A DNA stretch of 64,000 nt from Methanomethylovorans sp. (lineage in GTDB: Archaea; Halobacteriota; Methanosarcinia; Methanosarcinales; Methanosarcinaceae), in NCBI RefSeq assembly GCF_041305605.1, contig NZ_JBFYLB010000170.1:3542-67541 (forward strand). The letters run 5' to 3'. The translations under genes were made by a program, and so were the position numbers. The notes under the pieces were generated by a model that worked only from the letters and a program-made list of their open reading frames with translations, was not told the origin of the DNA and ran no database searches. Below, one piece after another: positions 18,303 through 29,318 of this stretch (positions within the stretch are counted from its first letter, which is position 1; the number at the start of each line of letters is the position of its first letter).

Positions 18303-19517
18303 TCAGAGCACCAGGGTACCCCTGTGCAGCGCCTTATCCACTATATTACCTGATCCGATACGACAGTTGATGGATATCATGATACCGGCTTTTACAAGGA
18401 CCCGGTGACCAACATCAGTGTCATCACCAACGACAGTGCCCAGTTTCTCTGCCTGATGCAGCTCCTCGTTCAATATGATGTTCAGGTTACTTCCCGTCTC
18501 TGTAATGAAATATGGGCCGACGTGACAATTACTTCCAATGACAGAATCGGATACATAGCCGTGGGAACCAATGCGTACATCGTTCATTATTATACTGTTA
18601 CGGATATTTGTAAAAGCACCCACGGATACATTATTGCCTATGGATGTGGATGGTAATATAACAGCATTGGGCCCGACATCACAGTTATCCCCTATCATAA
18701 CAGGTCCTACAATATAGCATCCGGATCTGATGATAGTATTCTTACCTATTGATACGTTTCCTTTAATGTGGGCTCCATCTTCCACCGCAGTGGATGCGAC
18801 TTTCCTTTCGATCTTCCCAAGGGTAACAGAATTAAGTCTCAGAAGGTCCCATGCATATACTGCGTCCAGCCACCAGGATCTTGTCGTAGCCATCGATACT
18901 TCGTGGCCATTCTCGATCATCTTCTGGAGCGTATCAGTGATCGCATACTCACCCTTCGGAGAGAGAGGAGTTTGTCCTATAAAATCAAATATCTTGGAAC
19001 TGAAATAATATATTCCGGTATTTACCAAGTGACTGACTTCAGAAACGGGATTTTCCAAAATCTCCAATACCTTGGGCCCTTCTGCCCTGATAACCCCATA
19101 TCCGCTCACATGTTCGGTCTTGACGGCAAGTATAGTTACGTCTCCACGTTTTGATTTGATCAGATCACTGATCACTTTGGGCTCTATGAAGTTATCGCCG
19201 TTCAGAGCAAGGAACTCATGTTCGCCGGCAAGTTCACTCCTGGCCTGTTCTATCGCATGTGCTGTACCAAGTTGTGTCTTTTGCTCAACATACCGGATGT
19301 TTACCCCGAAATCCACACCATCTTTGAAGTAGTTCATTATGCGCTCTTTCTCATAACCAACTATCAGTAGGATGTCCTTGATGTTATTTTGTTCAAGGGA
19401 ACGGATAACGTGTTCAAGAATCGGCCTGTCAGCAACAGGCAGCATTACCTTTGAACGGGTAAGCGTTAGGGGACGGCATCTGAGGCCTTCTCCCGCTGCA
19501 AGAATGACCGCTTTCAT
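18303..19517 (-). CDS. Bifunctional sugar-1-phosphate nucleotidylyltransferase/acetyltransferase (archaeal GlmU-like), copy 2
   Basis: [18 protein letters not shown] plus C-terminal hexapeptide repeats. Paralog of 13953-15149 with the same architecture. Confidence 0.8.
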   Translation of the reverse strand: MKAVILAAGEGLRCRPLTLTRSKVMLPVADRPILEHVIRSLEQNNIKDILLIVGYEKERIMNYFKDGVDFGVNIRYVEQKTQLGTAHAIEQARSELAGEHEFLALNGDNFIEPKVISDLIKSKRGDVTILAVKTEHVSGYGVIRAEGPKVLEILENPVSEVSHLVNTGIYYFSSKIFDFIGQTPLSPKGEYAITDTLQKMIENGHEVSMATTRSWWLDAVYAWDLLRLNSVTLGKIERKVASTAVEDGAHIKGNVSIGKNTIIRSGCYIVGPVMIGDNCDVGPNAVILPSTSIGNNVSVGAFTNIRNSIIMNDVRIGSHGYVSDSVIGSNCHVGPYFITETGSNLNIILNEELHQAEKLGTVVGDDTDVGHRVLVKAGIMISINCRIGSGNIVDKALHRGTLVL

Positions 19518-19632
19518 GCCTTATAGTGAGCACTATAACAATTTATATTTTACCTTTGTCTTTATATTATAGATTTTATATTTTTGGCGTATTGAAAATA
19601 TATTTAGATTGTGATGCTACTATCGCCATTCC

Positions 19633-19697
19633 AAAAAAAACAGAGAACAAAAAAAAGTAATTCCTTGTCCTGAATAAGCAAAAATAAAAAAATAAAG
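19633..19697 (-). terminator. Cluster of oligo-T tracts downstream of rps15
   Basis: Plus-strand A8 at 19633-19640, A8 at 19649-19656 and an A-rich stretch at 19681-19697. These are T-runs on the coding (minus) strand. Confidence 0.4.
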
Positions 19698-19734
19698 TAC
19701 CGACAGGCTACAACCTATCGGAAGACGTACCCCT

Positions 19735-20193
19735 TTATCTTGTAATAAGCATTTCTGCAGTTTCGGGCTTGTATTTCCAGTCAACTGGAAGCACTTTGTT
19801 AGCCTGATAGTATTTTACAAGCCTTCTGATCTTGGATTCGATATTGTGCAAGGAACGGATGTTGTGGTTGTCCGAATGATTGTGAACCACATGCTTTCTC
19901 AGACCTATTGCTTTTACAATGAGATTGTACAGATCTTCTGGAACTGGCGGTTTCTGATCATTTTCCTTGAGGATGGCCGTGATCTTCTTTCCAGTAGCGA
20001 GCTTCACATCTGGCATTCCATATTTGTCCCTGAGGACCATGCCGATAAGACTTGTGCTCATTCCCTGCTTCCACATTTCCAGCACAACTTTTGTAATCTC
20101 GTCTGTGCCCATGGTGCACCAGGCAGGGGCTTCAGAGCGCATTGGCCTTTTAGAACCGGATTGACCTTTTCTCCGGGTATGCATTTTTGCCAT
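19735..20193 (-). CDS. rps15: 30S ribosomal protein S15 (uS15, S13e type)
   Basis: [18 protein letters not shown]-terminus and an S15 C-terminal helix bundle. AGGAGG SD 7 nt upstream. Confidence 0.9.
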   Translation of the reverse strand: MAKMHTRRKGQSGSKRPMRSEAPAWCTMGTDEITKVVLEMWKQGMSTSLIGMVLRDKYGMPDVKLATGKKITAILKENDQKPPVPEDLYNLIVKAIGLRKHVVHNHSDNHNIRSLHNIESKIRRLVKYYQANKVLPVDWKYKPETAEMLITR

Positions 20194-20361
20194 TGAATTC
20201 CTCCTTATAATAGTAAATAGAGAGTATTTGATCTAAATTATGTAAATTTTGTTGATTTCACTAAAGGCTATCTTGAACGTTATGGAGACATAGCCGATAA
20301 TTGTCCTTGGCGAGGCGAGGTAAATGAAACAGCATAGCATATAAAATTTGTGATAGGGACT

Positions 20362-21555
20362 TTACCATACCACAAGGGTGACCTCAGCTGCCGGTGGTCT
20401 CGCATGCATAAGAATAGATCTGATTTGCCTGTCCCTGAGCTTAAGCAGAGTGATGCTGTCATTCGTTTGCATCATAGCCTGCACCGTACTGTTGATTTCC
20501 TCAGACATTGCGCCTGAAAGATAAGTATATACATCATTTGTATGCTCCTGCCTGAGCTGGTTCCCGACCAATGAAATATTATCTTCGGTAAGATTTGTGA
20601 CATTGTCCGTTGAATAAGAGCACATATTGTCCGTCACTTTTACAGCATTGCCCAGTATACCAATAGCTATAGTCCTTTCAATATTCCCCTCATAAAAAGG
20701 AGAGCCCATCAAAGAATCTCCTATTGCTGCCATGTTTGCCTGTCCACTGCTTATCCGTTCAAGATATTCTTCCGGATAGTATATGCCGACAATTGATGCC
20801 GAAGAACCGGAGGCTGCCTGGGATATGCACTCATTGAACATGGAACATAATTCCTGCTCCTTTTGTGAGGAGTTGACTGCACGACCAAATTTAAGGTCAC
20901 CCGCAGGAGATGATATATCTGCTAAACTTACAGCATAATTATATGGCACAGAGATTAACGCACTCTGCCTGAAGGATATGTCGGGAGGAATGGCACCCAC
21001 AACAAGCTGACCTGAAGGTCCACATCCGGGAACCGGTTGCCAGTTAGCCTCTAACCTGTAATTGTACCTGCCACCTATCCTTCTGTCCAGATATTCTTCA
21101 ACTATGCGTTCTGTAGCTTCTGAATATCCAGAACTGAACGGGTGCAGATAACAGTATGTTCCGTTCTCTTCAGTACGCAGTGAAAACAGCATGCCTTCAG
21201 AGATCAGATCAGCAAACGTCCTGGATGCATGTTCCTTTGCAAACAGATCATTGCTTTGACAGATAGACATTGAATTTTCAGGAAGAATATCAACTATGCA
21301 AGACATAGAGGATGGTACCACCATATATTCAAAACCTTCCACTCTGCTATCCAGAAGAGATCGAAGCAACTGTTCATCGAACCTGTATGCTGCAACATCC
21401 TGAACTGCCGCATTGTGCCCTGAAGAAAGTAGAACCGGCATCAGCACTACTGCCGAAAGAGACACCATTAACAGAAAGAACATGACATCAATGGTCGAGG
21501 AAATGGCCTCTTTGTCGGATAATATTTGCCTGCTAATTATGTTTTTCAGTTGCAT
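20362..21555 (-). CDS. Hypothetical protein with one N-terminal hydrophobic helix (pilin-like, class III signal peptide candidate), 397 aa
   Basis: SDKEA-ISSTIDVMFFLLMVSLSAVVLMPVLL, followed by a large Ser/Asn-rich soluble domain. Last gene of the hisS-linked cluster. Confidence 0.55.
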   Translation of the reverse strand: MQLKNIISRQILSDKEAISSTIDVMFFLLMVSLSAVVLMPVLLSSGHNAAVQDVAAYRFDEQLLRSLLDSRVEGFEYMVVPSSMSCIVDILPENSMSICQSNDLFAKEHASRTFADLISEGMLFSLRTEENGTYCYLHPFSSGYSEATERIVEEYLDRRIGGRYNYRLEANWQPVPGCGPSGQLVVGAIPPDISFRQSALISVPYNYAVSLADISSPAGDLKFGRAVNSSQKEQELCSMFNECISQAASGSSASIVGIYYPEEYLERISSGQANMAAIGDSLMGSPFYEGNIERTIAIGILGNAVKVTDNMCSYSTDNVTNLTEDNISLVGNQLRQEHTNDVYTYLSGAMSEEINSTVQAMMQTNDSITLLKLRDRQIRSILMHARPPAAEVTLVVW

Positions 21556-21570
21556 TGCTTTATCTCCGTA

Positions 21571-22071
21571 TCAATTGTTCCATCTATCTTTGAACAGCTT
21601 CACAGTCAATGTACCGGGAACCTGCTGCATCGGATTAAGTTCCAGTGTGACAGGTATGGAAGCTGCTATCTGTCCCACGGGAGAAGATGAAGATGCAGGT
21701 TTACGGATCTGCCAGATATGTTCACCGTTCTCCGTTGAAATATCTACCTGGAAATGTACATTTGGAGAGAAACTATCGAAGAACAAACTCAAAGTATGAG
21801 GATCAGCTTGCAGACCACTCAGCTTATCGAGCTTTTCAGCAGATATGAGATCCTGCCTGCTGCCCTGAAGCATCTGGGAATGAGCAATTCCCTGGGCAAT
21901 AAGGGAAGCCTGTCCATAATTCTCCAGTGCAAAAGCACTATCCTCATGAGCAATGTATGTTTTTGATACCACACAAGCAAAAACCACAAAACCCAAGACT
22001 AATAATGCCGTGGCGAAAATATCGTTCTGCGGTTCAAGTATAGCCCTGTCGTCATTGATAAACCAGTACAT
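21571..22071 (-). CDS. Hypothetical protein with one N-terminal hydrophobic helix (pilin-like), 166 aa
   Basis: NDDRA-ILEPQNDIFATALLVLGFVVFACVV. Overlaps the upstream ORF by 20 nt. Confidence 0.55.
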   Translation of the reverse strand: MYWFINDDRAILEPQNDIFATALLVLGFVVFACVVSKTYIAHEDSAFALENYGQASLIAQGIAHSQMLQGSRQDLISAEKLDKLSGLQADPHTLSLFFDSFSPNVHFQVDISTENGEHIWQIRKPASSSSPVGQIAASIPVTLELNPMQQVPGTLTVKLFKDRWNN

Positions 22072-22648
22072 ATCCTATCTTTTCCACATTTATATTATCT
22101 GTAAAATATATAAATGTTTTTTGGATGTATACTTGTTCACTGGAATTAAAGCTTACTTCCCTTGTCCTGGAAGTCAAATACCCGAGTATATCCGTATGTT
22201 CTGCACGTACAGGTTCTGTTATACTACCGTTCGAACCATATTCTGATCTAAGATCATTGTACAGGACCGAAGGCGAATAAGGATATACTCTGAAAGCAGG
22301 AGTTTTTGCAGAAATAATAGACCTGCCATCAATATCAGCATTAATGACAATATATTCGCCGGAGATACGAATATCAGCCTGATGTCCCTGAAAATGAGAA
22401 AGATGTTCTTTATTGAAGCTATAGCCGATCTTCATTTCAGCAGGACTGCTTCCAGCCTTATCAATAAAAGCTAATAATTCTGTGGATAGCAGGTCTAGTT
22501 CTTTCTTGCGGTTCACTTCCTCCATGCTTACCGCAAAATTATATACAGCAGCAATGACCACCACACTTGCAAGTATAAGTGCTGTTTTTGAAAGAACAAA
22601 ATCCACCCATGCCCTTTCATCATGGAAAAAACCTGAAATAACCTTCAT
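22052..22648 (-). CDS. Hypothetical protein with one N-terminal hydrophobic helix (pilin-like), 198 aa
   Basis: HDERA-WVDFVLSKTALILASVVVIAAVY, followed by a beta-rich soluble domain. Confidence 0.55.
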   Translation of the reverse strand: MKVISGFFHDERAWVDFVLSKTALILASVVVIAAVYNFAVSMEEVNRKKELDLLSTELLAFIDKAGSSPAEMKIGYSFNKEHLSHFQGHQADIRISGEYIVINADIDGRSIISAKTPAFRVYPYSPSVLYNDLRSEYGSNGSITEPVRAEHTDILGYLTSRTREVSFNSSEQVYIQKTFIYFTDNINVEKIGYVLVYQ

Positions 22649-22673
22649 TTTGATCTATTGACTAAACTCTCTG

Positions 22674-23168
22674 TCACTTTAATTCATATACCCTGACAAA
22701 CAGCATCCCATCTGATGGGTTAACGGTAGTCTCCATGAATACCCGGTGTGTACCTGAACCAAAAACAGACACACCATCCATGAACTCATTGCTATAGGCT
22801 GCCCTGGATTCTCTTAAGGTACACTTTCCGTCATATTCCATAAAGTAGTTCTTTGCATCGCGAGGCCATGCGGCTTCATATCCCGCTATGGACCCCATGA
22901 CCACTGTACATCCGCTGGGAATATCTAGTTCCACTGTAAGGTTGCTGCCCGGCCCACCCGCATATAAGATTGAAGCCGTGGCATCCATTCTGGATATCTG
23001 CGATTCAAGATCGCTCATTTTCATATGAGCCAGGAAACCTGAAGTTGCTGTGGCCAACAGGACCATAGTCGCCATCAGCAAAATGGAAGCTACCACAAAC
23101 CGCATGGGCAGGGAAACCGCAGCAGTTGTGTCAGCTACCAGGGCATGCAAATTACTTGAGGGCTTCAA
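22674..23168 (-). CDS. Hypothetical protein with one N-terminal hydrophobic helix (pilin-like), 164 aa; start uncertain
   Basis: The TTG start overlaps the hisS stop (TTGA). An alternative is the ATG at codon 22 ([24 protein letters not shown]). Confidence 0.5.
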   Translation of the reverse strand: MKPSSNLHALVADTTAAVSLPMRFVVASILLMATMVLLATATSGFLAHMKMSDLESQISRMDATASILYAGGPGSNLTVELDIPSGCTVVMGSIAGYEAAWPRDAKNYFMEYDGKCTLRESRAAYSNEFMDGVSVFGSGTHRVFMETTVNPSDGMLFVRVYELK

Positions 23169-24406
23169 TGGATTTCACCGGTCAGTTTCAAAATGATCTC
23201 ATTAAGAGTAAGGGATTCCTGACTGCCGCTCTCCATATCTTTGAAAGTAAAAAGACCTTGGGCCACTTCCCTGTCACCTAATATGAGTGCATAACGGGCA
23301 CCTATATTGTTAGCATATGATAACTGAGATTTGAAATTCCTGTTCATGATATCGAGATACACAGGGACATACTCCCTTAGCTTGCAGGCCACAGGGATCG
23401 CATTGATGCGTGTGCTTTCCGTAGTGACCATTACAACCGTCTTTTGAGATACAGGTTCAATGTTATATATCTCCATGATCCTGTCAAAACCCAGACCAAA
23501 ACCGGTAGATGGAACGTCACCTCCGCCAAAAAGCTGGATCAGTTTATACGAACCGCCACCACATACCTGCTTCTGTGCACCGAGACCCTCGGCATATACC
23601 TCAAAGACCATGCCCGTATAGTAGTCAAGACCTCTGGCTATACCGAAATCAATGGTATGATCAATATCATACGCATCTAAAAGAGTAAGTATCTGCTGGA
23701 AAGCATCCAGCTCAGGAATTGAACCCAGCAGGTCACGGGCCTTGGTAACTGCTTCACTGCCTGTAAGGGAGATCAGTCCAAGGAGTTTCATGCGCAGGTC
23801 TATAGGTGCATTGATCTCCTCCAGGTAATCGTCCAGTCCCTTATCATCTTTCTTGTCCACCAGACGCATTATTTTACCTTGTTGTTCAACTTCCAGGGAA
23901 CTCAGCACATGACGGATGATCCCAAGATAGCCGACATGCAGGTCACCCTTAATACCTGCAACTCCAAGCATGGCAGTTGCCAGGGCTATGACCTCTGCAT
24001 CCGCATCCGGACCTTCGGAACCTATCAGTTCCACGCCGAACTGCCAGAATTCTCTGAACCTGCCTTTCTGAGGCCTCTCATATCTGAAACAGTTCTCGAA
24101 ATAGAACAGTTTCAATGGACGCGGCAATGCCTGCATTTCATTTACGAACATCCTCATCACTGGTGCCGTGAGCTCAGGGCGCAGCGTCATCTCACGCTCT
24201 CCTTTGTCCATGAAATTATAAAGTTCACCTACCACACCTTCACCTGACTTCAACGTGAAAAGTTCGAGGTGTTCAAAGGTGGGTGTGACTACCTCATGAT
24301 AACCCCATCTGCCAACTACCTGCCTCAGCCGGTTCTCCAGATGTCTTCTGCGGGCCATGTCTTGCGGAAGGAAATCCCTTGTTCCTCTTGGTCTTTGTAT
24401 CGTCAT
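23165..24406 (-). CDS. hisS: Histidyl-tRNA synthetase
   Basis: [14 protein letters not shown] start, class II motifs ([32 protein letters not shown]) and an anticodon-binding C-terminal domain. The start is set at the ATG at 24406, preceded by AGGTTGATC. The track ORF is 11 codons longer. Confidence 0.9.
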   Translation of the reverse strand: MTIQRPRGTRDFLPQDMARRRHLENRLRQVVGRWGYHEVVTPTFEHLELFTLKSGEGVVGELYNFMDKGEREMTLRPELTAPVMRMFVNEMQALPRPLKLFYFENCFRYERPQKGRFREFWQFGVELIGSEGPDADAEVIALATAMLGVAGIKGDLHVGYLGIIRHVLSSLEVEQQGKIMRLVDKKDDKGLDDYLEEINAPIDLRMKLLGLISLTGSEAVTKARDLLGSIPELDAFQQILTLLDAYDIDHTIDFGIARGLDYYTGMVFEVYAEGLGAQKQVCGGGSYKLIQLFGGGDVPSTGFGLGFDRIMEIYNIEPVSQKTVVMVTTESTRINAIPVACKLREYVPVYLDIMNRNFKSQLSYANNIGARYALILGDREVAQGLFTFKDMESGSQESLTLNEIILKLTGEIH

Positions 24407-24611
24407 CGGATCAACCTGATGTATTAGTGAGATAAGCATCTAACGTTTAGATCTTGACTGATCTATTTTGCAGGTTACTATTTATACAGTATATTTTACT
24501 GTTTCGATTAGTTACACATTTCGAGGGATCGAGGGGAAAACCAAAAGTGCTAAATATAATTGCCGTTATGCACATCATTGTACATTTTAATACATTTGCC
24601 TGAGGCCTACC

Positions 24612-25916
24612 ATGGAGCACACGAAAATATTACTGGATGAAAACGAGATGCCTACTCGTTGGTACAATATACTTGCAGATTTCCCTGAACCCCTTGCACC
24701 CCCGCTTAACCCTGCAACCCGGGAACCCATCAAACCCTCGGAACTTGAGCCGATATTCGCAAAAGAGCTTATCAAACAGGAGATGAGCTCTGAGAAGTAT
24801 ATCGATATCCCGCAGGAAATACTGGATATATATACGCTCTGGAGACCATCGCCCCTCTATAGGGCACACAGGCTTGAAAAAGTGCTTGGCACACCTGCTA
24901 AGATATACTACAAGAATGAAAGTGTAAGCCCGGCAGGGAGCCACAAACCAAATACAGCCATTGCCCAGGCATACTACAATATGAAAGAGGGCACCGAGAG
25001 GATAACTACCGAGACCGGTGCCGGTCAGTGGGGTAGTGCGCTATCGCTTTCATGCAACTATTTCGACATTGAGTGTAAAGTGTATATGGTACGTTCCAGC
25101 TTCTACCAGAAACCATACAGAAAATCCCTGATAAACCTCTGGGGTGCAAACGTTGTTCCTTCACCGAGCACTGAGACACAGTTCGGAAGAATGATCCTTG
25201 AGAAATATCCCGATACCAGCGGAAGCCTGGGTATAGCCATCAGTGAGGCCATAGAAGAAGCAGCACTTAACGACGATACCAAATATGCTCTGGGTAGCGT
25301 CCTTAACCACACATGCCTCCATCAGACAGTGGTAGGCCTTGAGACACAGAAACAGTTCGAAAAGACTGAGGACTATCCGGATATAGTCATCGGATGCTGT
25401 GGAGGAGGAAGTAACCTGGCAGGTATTAGTTTGCCATACATAAGGGACAACATCGCAGGTAAAACAGATACAAGGATCATCGCGGTAGAGCCTTCTGCAT
25501 GCCCCAGCCTGACAGAAGGCAGGTTCGATTATGATTTCGGGGACATGGCACAGATGACACCACTGCTAAAGATGTACACCTTGGGATCTGAATTCATACC
25601 CCCTGCCATTCATGCAGGTGGCCTGAGATACCACGGTGCTTCACCAATAGTCAGTAAATTGGTTGCTGATGGTATGATGGAAGCAAGATCCTATCACCAG
25701 GTAGAAATATTCGATGCAGCGGTAACCTTTGCACGCAGCGAAGGAATTGCACCTGCCCCAGAGTCCGCACATGCTATAAAATGTGCCATTGATGAAGCAC
25801 TCAAATGCAAGCAGACAGGCGAAGAGAAAACCATTATGTTCAACCTGAGTGGTCATGGCCACTTTGACATGGCATCTTATGACATGTATTTCAGCGGCAA
25901 GCTGACTAATGAATAA
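24612..25916 (+). CDS. trpB2: TrpB-like PLP-dependent enzyme (TrpB2 family, stand-alone tryptophan synthase beta paralog)
   Basis: 434 aa. The N-terminal extension [19 protein letters not shown], the [16 protein letters not shown] lysine block and GGGSN are typical of TrpB2. Confidence 0.8.
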   Translation: MEHTKILLDENEMPTRWYNILADFPEPLAPPLNPATREPIKPSELEPIFAKELIKQEMSSEKYIDIPQEILDIYTLWRPSPLYRAHRLEKVLGTPAKIYYKNESVSPAGSHKPNTAIAQAYYNMKEGTERITTETGAGQWGSALSLSCNYFDIECKVYMVRSSFYQKPYRKSLINLWGANVVPSPSTETQFGRMILEKYPDTSGSLGIAISEAIEEAALNDDTKYALGSVLNHTCLHQTVVGLETQKQFEKTEDYPDIVIGCCGGGSNLAGISLPYIRDNIAGKTDTRIIAVEPSACPSLTEGRFDYDFGDMAQMTPLLKMYTLGSEFIPPAIHAGGLRYHGASPIVSKLVADGMMEARSYHQVEIFDAAVTFARSEGIAPAPESAHAIKCAIDEALKCKQTGEEKTIMFNLSGHGHFDMASYDMYFSGKLTNE

Positions 25917-25938
25917 TTTCCCCGGAATACAAGAATGG

Positions 25939-25967
25939 CCTGCAGGATTTGCAGGTCATATTTTTTT
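25939..25967 (+). terminator. Hairpin plus T7 tract after trpB2
   Basis: CCTGCA-GGATT-TGCAGG stem-loop at 25939-25955, followed by TTTTTTT at 25961-25967. Confidence 0.5.
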
Positions 25968-25985
25968 AATAACTATCTCAAGTAC

Positions 25986-26957
25986 CTAATTGTCCTGAAT
26001 GACTTGAGAAGGGGAGCTATCACAAGAGCCATTCTCAAGCCTTGTATTTGAGGCCATGTCATTTTTGTAGACAATAGTACGATATGGGAATGGTATCTCC
26101 ACACCTTCTGCATCGAACCGCTTTTTAATGGATTCTCTTATTTCACATCCTGTAAGATAGCAGAATTTACGATCAGCACACCAGAAATACATACGCAAAT
26201 TAACAGCATAATCACCCAGCTCAGTTACCAGCACCTGGACAATTTCTTCTTTTGGAACAGCCGGATCGTATCTTTTAAGTTCCATATATGTCATGACATT
26301 AAGATGCTTCCTTGCTTCCTCTAACATGATCCTGCGTGCCAGGTCTATATCAGAGTCATAACTTATGCCGACATCAACAAACCATCTTACAGTAGGATCC
26401 TCTATGGACCAGTTGATAATGGCTTCATTCCCAATGACACTATTCGGGATTATGAGCCTGCGATTATCCCATGTCCTTACGATCGTATGGCGCAGAGTAA
26501 TGTCTGCTACCTTACCATACTCGTTCATTACATTCACTCTGTCACCAACCCTGAATGGTCGGAAGACCGCAAGAGAAATCCCTGATATGATGTTCCCAAG
26601 AGTACTCTGGGCAGCAAGGCCCACCACAATACCGGCAAAACCTGCACCAGCTAAGAGAGCAAGTGAAAACTTCTCCAGGAAAGGAATGCTGGAGATCACA
26701 ATAACCAAACCTATCAAGTAGACAACTGCCACGCTGGAATGCCTTAGAAGGCTATAGGATGTCTGGTCAACGTTCATCCTTCTATTCATCATACGCACTT
26801 GTACGACCATGAGTTTATCCACTATCTTTGCGGCAACAATGGTGAGAACTATCACCAGCAAAATAAAGACAACTTTTGCAAAATCCAAAGATAAAGATCC
26901 AGCCCAGCCTGACAGTGATATTGATGACATGGAAGAAGTGTTTCCTAAAATAGACAT
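25986..26957 (-). CDS. mscS: Mechanosensitive ion channel, MscS family
   Basis: Three N-terminal TM helices. LAAQSTLGNIISGISLAVFRPFRVGDRV is the pore-helix/beta-domain junction signature. Confidence 0.8.
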   Translation of the reverse strand: MSILGNTSSMSSISLSGWAGSLSLDFAKVVFILLVIVLTIVAAKIVDKLMVVQVRMMNRRMNVDQTSYSLLRHSSVAVVYLIGLVIVISSIPFLEKFSLALLAGAGFAGIVVGLAAQSTLGNIISGISLAVFRPFRVGDRVNVMNEYGKVADITLRHTIVRTWDNRRLIIPNSVIGNEAIINWSIEDPTVRWFVDVGISYDSDIDLARRIMLEEARKHLNVMTYMELKRYDPAVPKEEIVQVLVTELGDYAVNLRMYFWCADRKFCYLTGCEIRESIKKRFDAEGVEIPFPYRTIVYKNDMASNTRLENGSCDSSPSQVIQDN

Positions 26958-27089
26958 ATGAATCCAGTTCCCTGTTTATCTTGCTATGATTACTGATCGT
27001 TGATAGATATGAAGGAATCTCTTGATAAGTCAACTACATTGAAGAAGCAACTTTTATTAGACATCAGACCATCTTTCAACTGGTTCCTC

Positions 27090-29294
27090 ATGCAGATCAA
27101 AGAACTCAGCCTGCCGGAAAAAGTTATTGGCTTTTATCTGGACTCCGGAATTGAACAATTGTATCCTCCTCAGGGTGAAGCTATCGGAAAGGGCCTTCTT
27201 GAAGGAAATAACATAGTAGCTGCAATACCCACGGCCTCCGGGAAAACCCTCATAGCTGAGCTTGCAATGCTCAGCTCTATCACGCAGGGGGGAAAAGCAC
27301 TATATATTGTGCCTTTAAGAGCACTTGCGTCCGAAAAGATGGACCGTTTTTTAAAGTTCAGACAAATTGGTATCAAAACCGGCATATCCACAGGGGATTT
27401 TGAGGCAAGGGATGAGTGGCTTGGCGCCAATGACATAATAGTTGCAACTTCAGAGAAAGTAGATTCCCTCCTGCGCAATGAGACATCCTGGATGCAGGAC
27501 ATCACTGTAATAGTTGTTGATGAGGTTCACCTGCTGGATTCAGCTAACAGAGGCCCTACTCTGGAAGTCACTATTACCAAATTGAGAAAGCTTAATCCTA
27601 GGGCTCAGATAATTGCATTATCTGCAACAGTGGGCAATGCACAGGAGATAGCTGACTGGCTTAAAGGCGGGCTTATACTGAGCGAATGGCGACCCACGGA
27701 TCTGCGTGAAGGTGTGTACTATGCTGATACAATAAATTTTGCAGGCTCTCAGAAAGCTGTTGGGATCACATCCTCGGACGACGGTGTCAATATTGTTATG
27801 GGCACACTGGAGGAAGGTGGACAATGCCTTGTATTCGAAAGCAGCCGCAAGAATTGTGTGGGTTTTGCGAAGAAACTTGGGAGACATGTTGAAAAGGTAC
27901 TCAGCAAACAGGAACGTGATTCCCTTGACAATATCGTGGGCGCGATAATAGAGGCATCGGAAACAGAAGCTTCCAGGGTGCTTGCACAATGTGTCAGAAA
28001 TGGTGTGGCTTTTCATCATGCTGGATTGAACTCAACTCATCGTAGACTCGTAGAGGATGGTTTCAGAGATAACTTGATCAAAGTTATATGCAGCACACCT
28101 ACCCTTGCAGCGGGACTTAACCTGCCTGCACGCAGAGTTGTTATCCGCAGCTACAAGAGATATGATGCCAACTTTGGAATGCAGCCTATACCAGTTCTTG
28201 AGTATAAACAAATGGCTGGCAGGGCTGGCAGGCCCCATCTTGACCCTTATGGCGAATCAGTTCTTATAGCCCGTTCATATGACGAGATGGAAGCACTTTT
28301 TGAGAATTATATCAACGCAAAGGCCGAAGATATCTGGTCTAAACTTGGTACGGAGAATGCCCTGCGTACCCATGTCCTTTCTACCGTGGTCAATGGATTC
28401 GCCTCCAGTGAAGAAGGGCTTATGGAGTTCATGAGTGCAACCTTCTTCGCACACCAGCAGGAGGCGCGCAATCTGCAGGAACTTGTGGAAGAAAGTATAT
28501 CTTTCCTGTTGGAACATGGTATGCTGCAGGATGATAACAGGCTCAGGGCTACAAGGCTTGGAAAACTTGTTTCCATGCTGTACATTGACCCGCTTTCAGC
28601 TGCTATCATACTCGAAGGATTGGGAAAAGCCGGTAAGTTAACGGACCTTACTTTAATGCATCTTGTATGCAGTACTCCAGACATGAAGCAGCTTTACATG
28701 CGCAGCTCTGATTACACCATGATCAATGAATTCGCAACGGTTCATAAAGAAGAGTTTGCCAGAATGCCCAGTCCTTTCAAGGCCATAGAGTATGAATGGT
28801 TCCTGGGAGAAGTGAAAACTGCCTTGATGATGATGAAATGGATAGATGAGATACCGATGGACGAGATCACTACCCAATTCAACATTGGTGAAGGCGACAT
28901 CCACACTTTTGCCGATATGGCACAGTGGCTTATGCATGCTACAGCCAGGCTTGCAGAGACCATGGAACTTCAGGGAGCGGAAAAAGCCTATGAATTGGAA
29001 AAACGCATTCAATATGGAGCTAATGCCCAATTACTTGAATTATTAAGCATTCGTGATGTGGGCAGGGTGCGTGCCCGCAAGTTGTATGATGCCGGACTCA
29101 CATCGATGGAATTATTGAAGCAGGCTGGTGTTGAGAGAATAGCCAAATCGATAGGTACAAAGACCGCAGAAAAGATAATGAACAGTATTAGAGGTCCATA
29201 TTCGACAGAGGAGAAAAATGGGACCGGTTCTGCGGAAGCAGTCTACAGGCCGATGGAAAGACAACAGAGAACCTTCAACGATTTTGATGATTAG
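27090..29294 (+). CDS. hel308: ATP-dependent DNA helicase Hel308 (Ski2-like, superfamily 2)
   Basis: [10 protein letters not shown] (Walker A), DEVH, SAT and MAGRAGRP motifs, with a C-terminal HhH domain. The start is set at MQIKELSLP (27090). The 30 upstream codons in the track look non-coding. Confidence 0.9.
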   Translation: MQIKELSLPEKVIGFYLDSGIEQLYPPQGEAIGKGLLEGNNIVAAIPTASGKTLIAELAMLSSITQGGKALYIVPLRALASEKMDRFLKFRQIGIKTGISTGDFEARDEWLGANDIIVATSEKVDSLLRNETSWMQDITVIVVDEVHLLDSANRGPTLEVTITKLRKLNPRAQIIALSATVGNAQEIADWLKGGLILSEWRPTDLREGVYYADTINFAGSQKAVGITSSDDGVNIVMGTLEEGGQCLVFESSRKNCVGFAKKLGRHVEKVLSKQERDSLDNIVGAIIEASETEASRVLAQCVRNGVAFHHAGLNSTHRRLVEDGFRDNLIKVICSTPTLAAGLNLPARRVVIRSYKRYDANFGMQPIPVLEYKQMAGRAGRPHLDPYGESVLIARSYDEMEALFENYINAKAEDIWSKLGTENALRTHVLSTVVNGFASSEEGLMEFMSATFFAHQQEARNLQELVEESISFLLEHGMLQDDNRLRATRLGKLVSMLYIDPLSAAIILEGLGKAGKLTDLTLMHLVCSTPDMKQLYMRSSDYTMINEFATVHKEEFARMPSPFKAIEYEWFLGEVKTALMMMKWIDEIPMDEITTQFNIGEGDIHTFADMAQWLMHATARLAETMELQGAEKAYELEKRIQYGANAQLLELLSIRDVGRVRARKLYDAGLTSMELLKQAGVERIAKSIGTKTAEKIMNSIRGPYSTEEKNGTGSAEAVYRPMERQQRTFNDFDD

Positions 29295-29318
29295 ACCATA
29301 TTTATAAGGAGATCCATT

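Noticed and set aside
24612-25916. TrpB2 as part of a tryptophan operon.
   Set aside because: No trpA, trpC, trpD, trpE, trpF or trpG is adjacent. Stand-alone TrpB2 genes are common in archaea, so nothing unusual can be claimed.
27000-27089. 30-codon N-terminal extension of Hel308 suggested by the ORF track.
   Set aside because: Hel308 proteins begin at the MQIKEL.LP motif. The upstream codons overlap the divergent mscS promoter region and have no similarity to anything.
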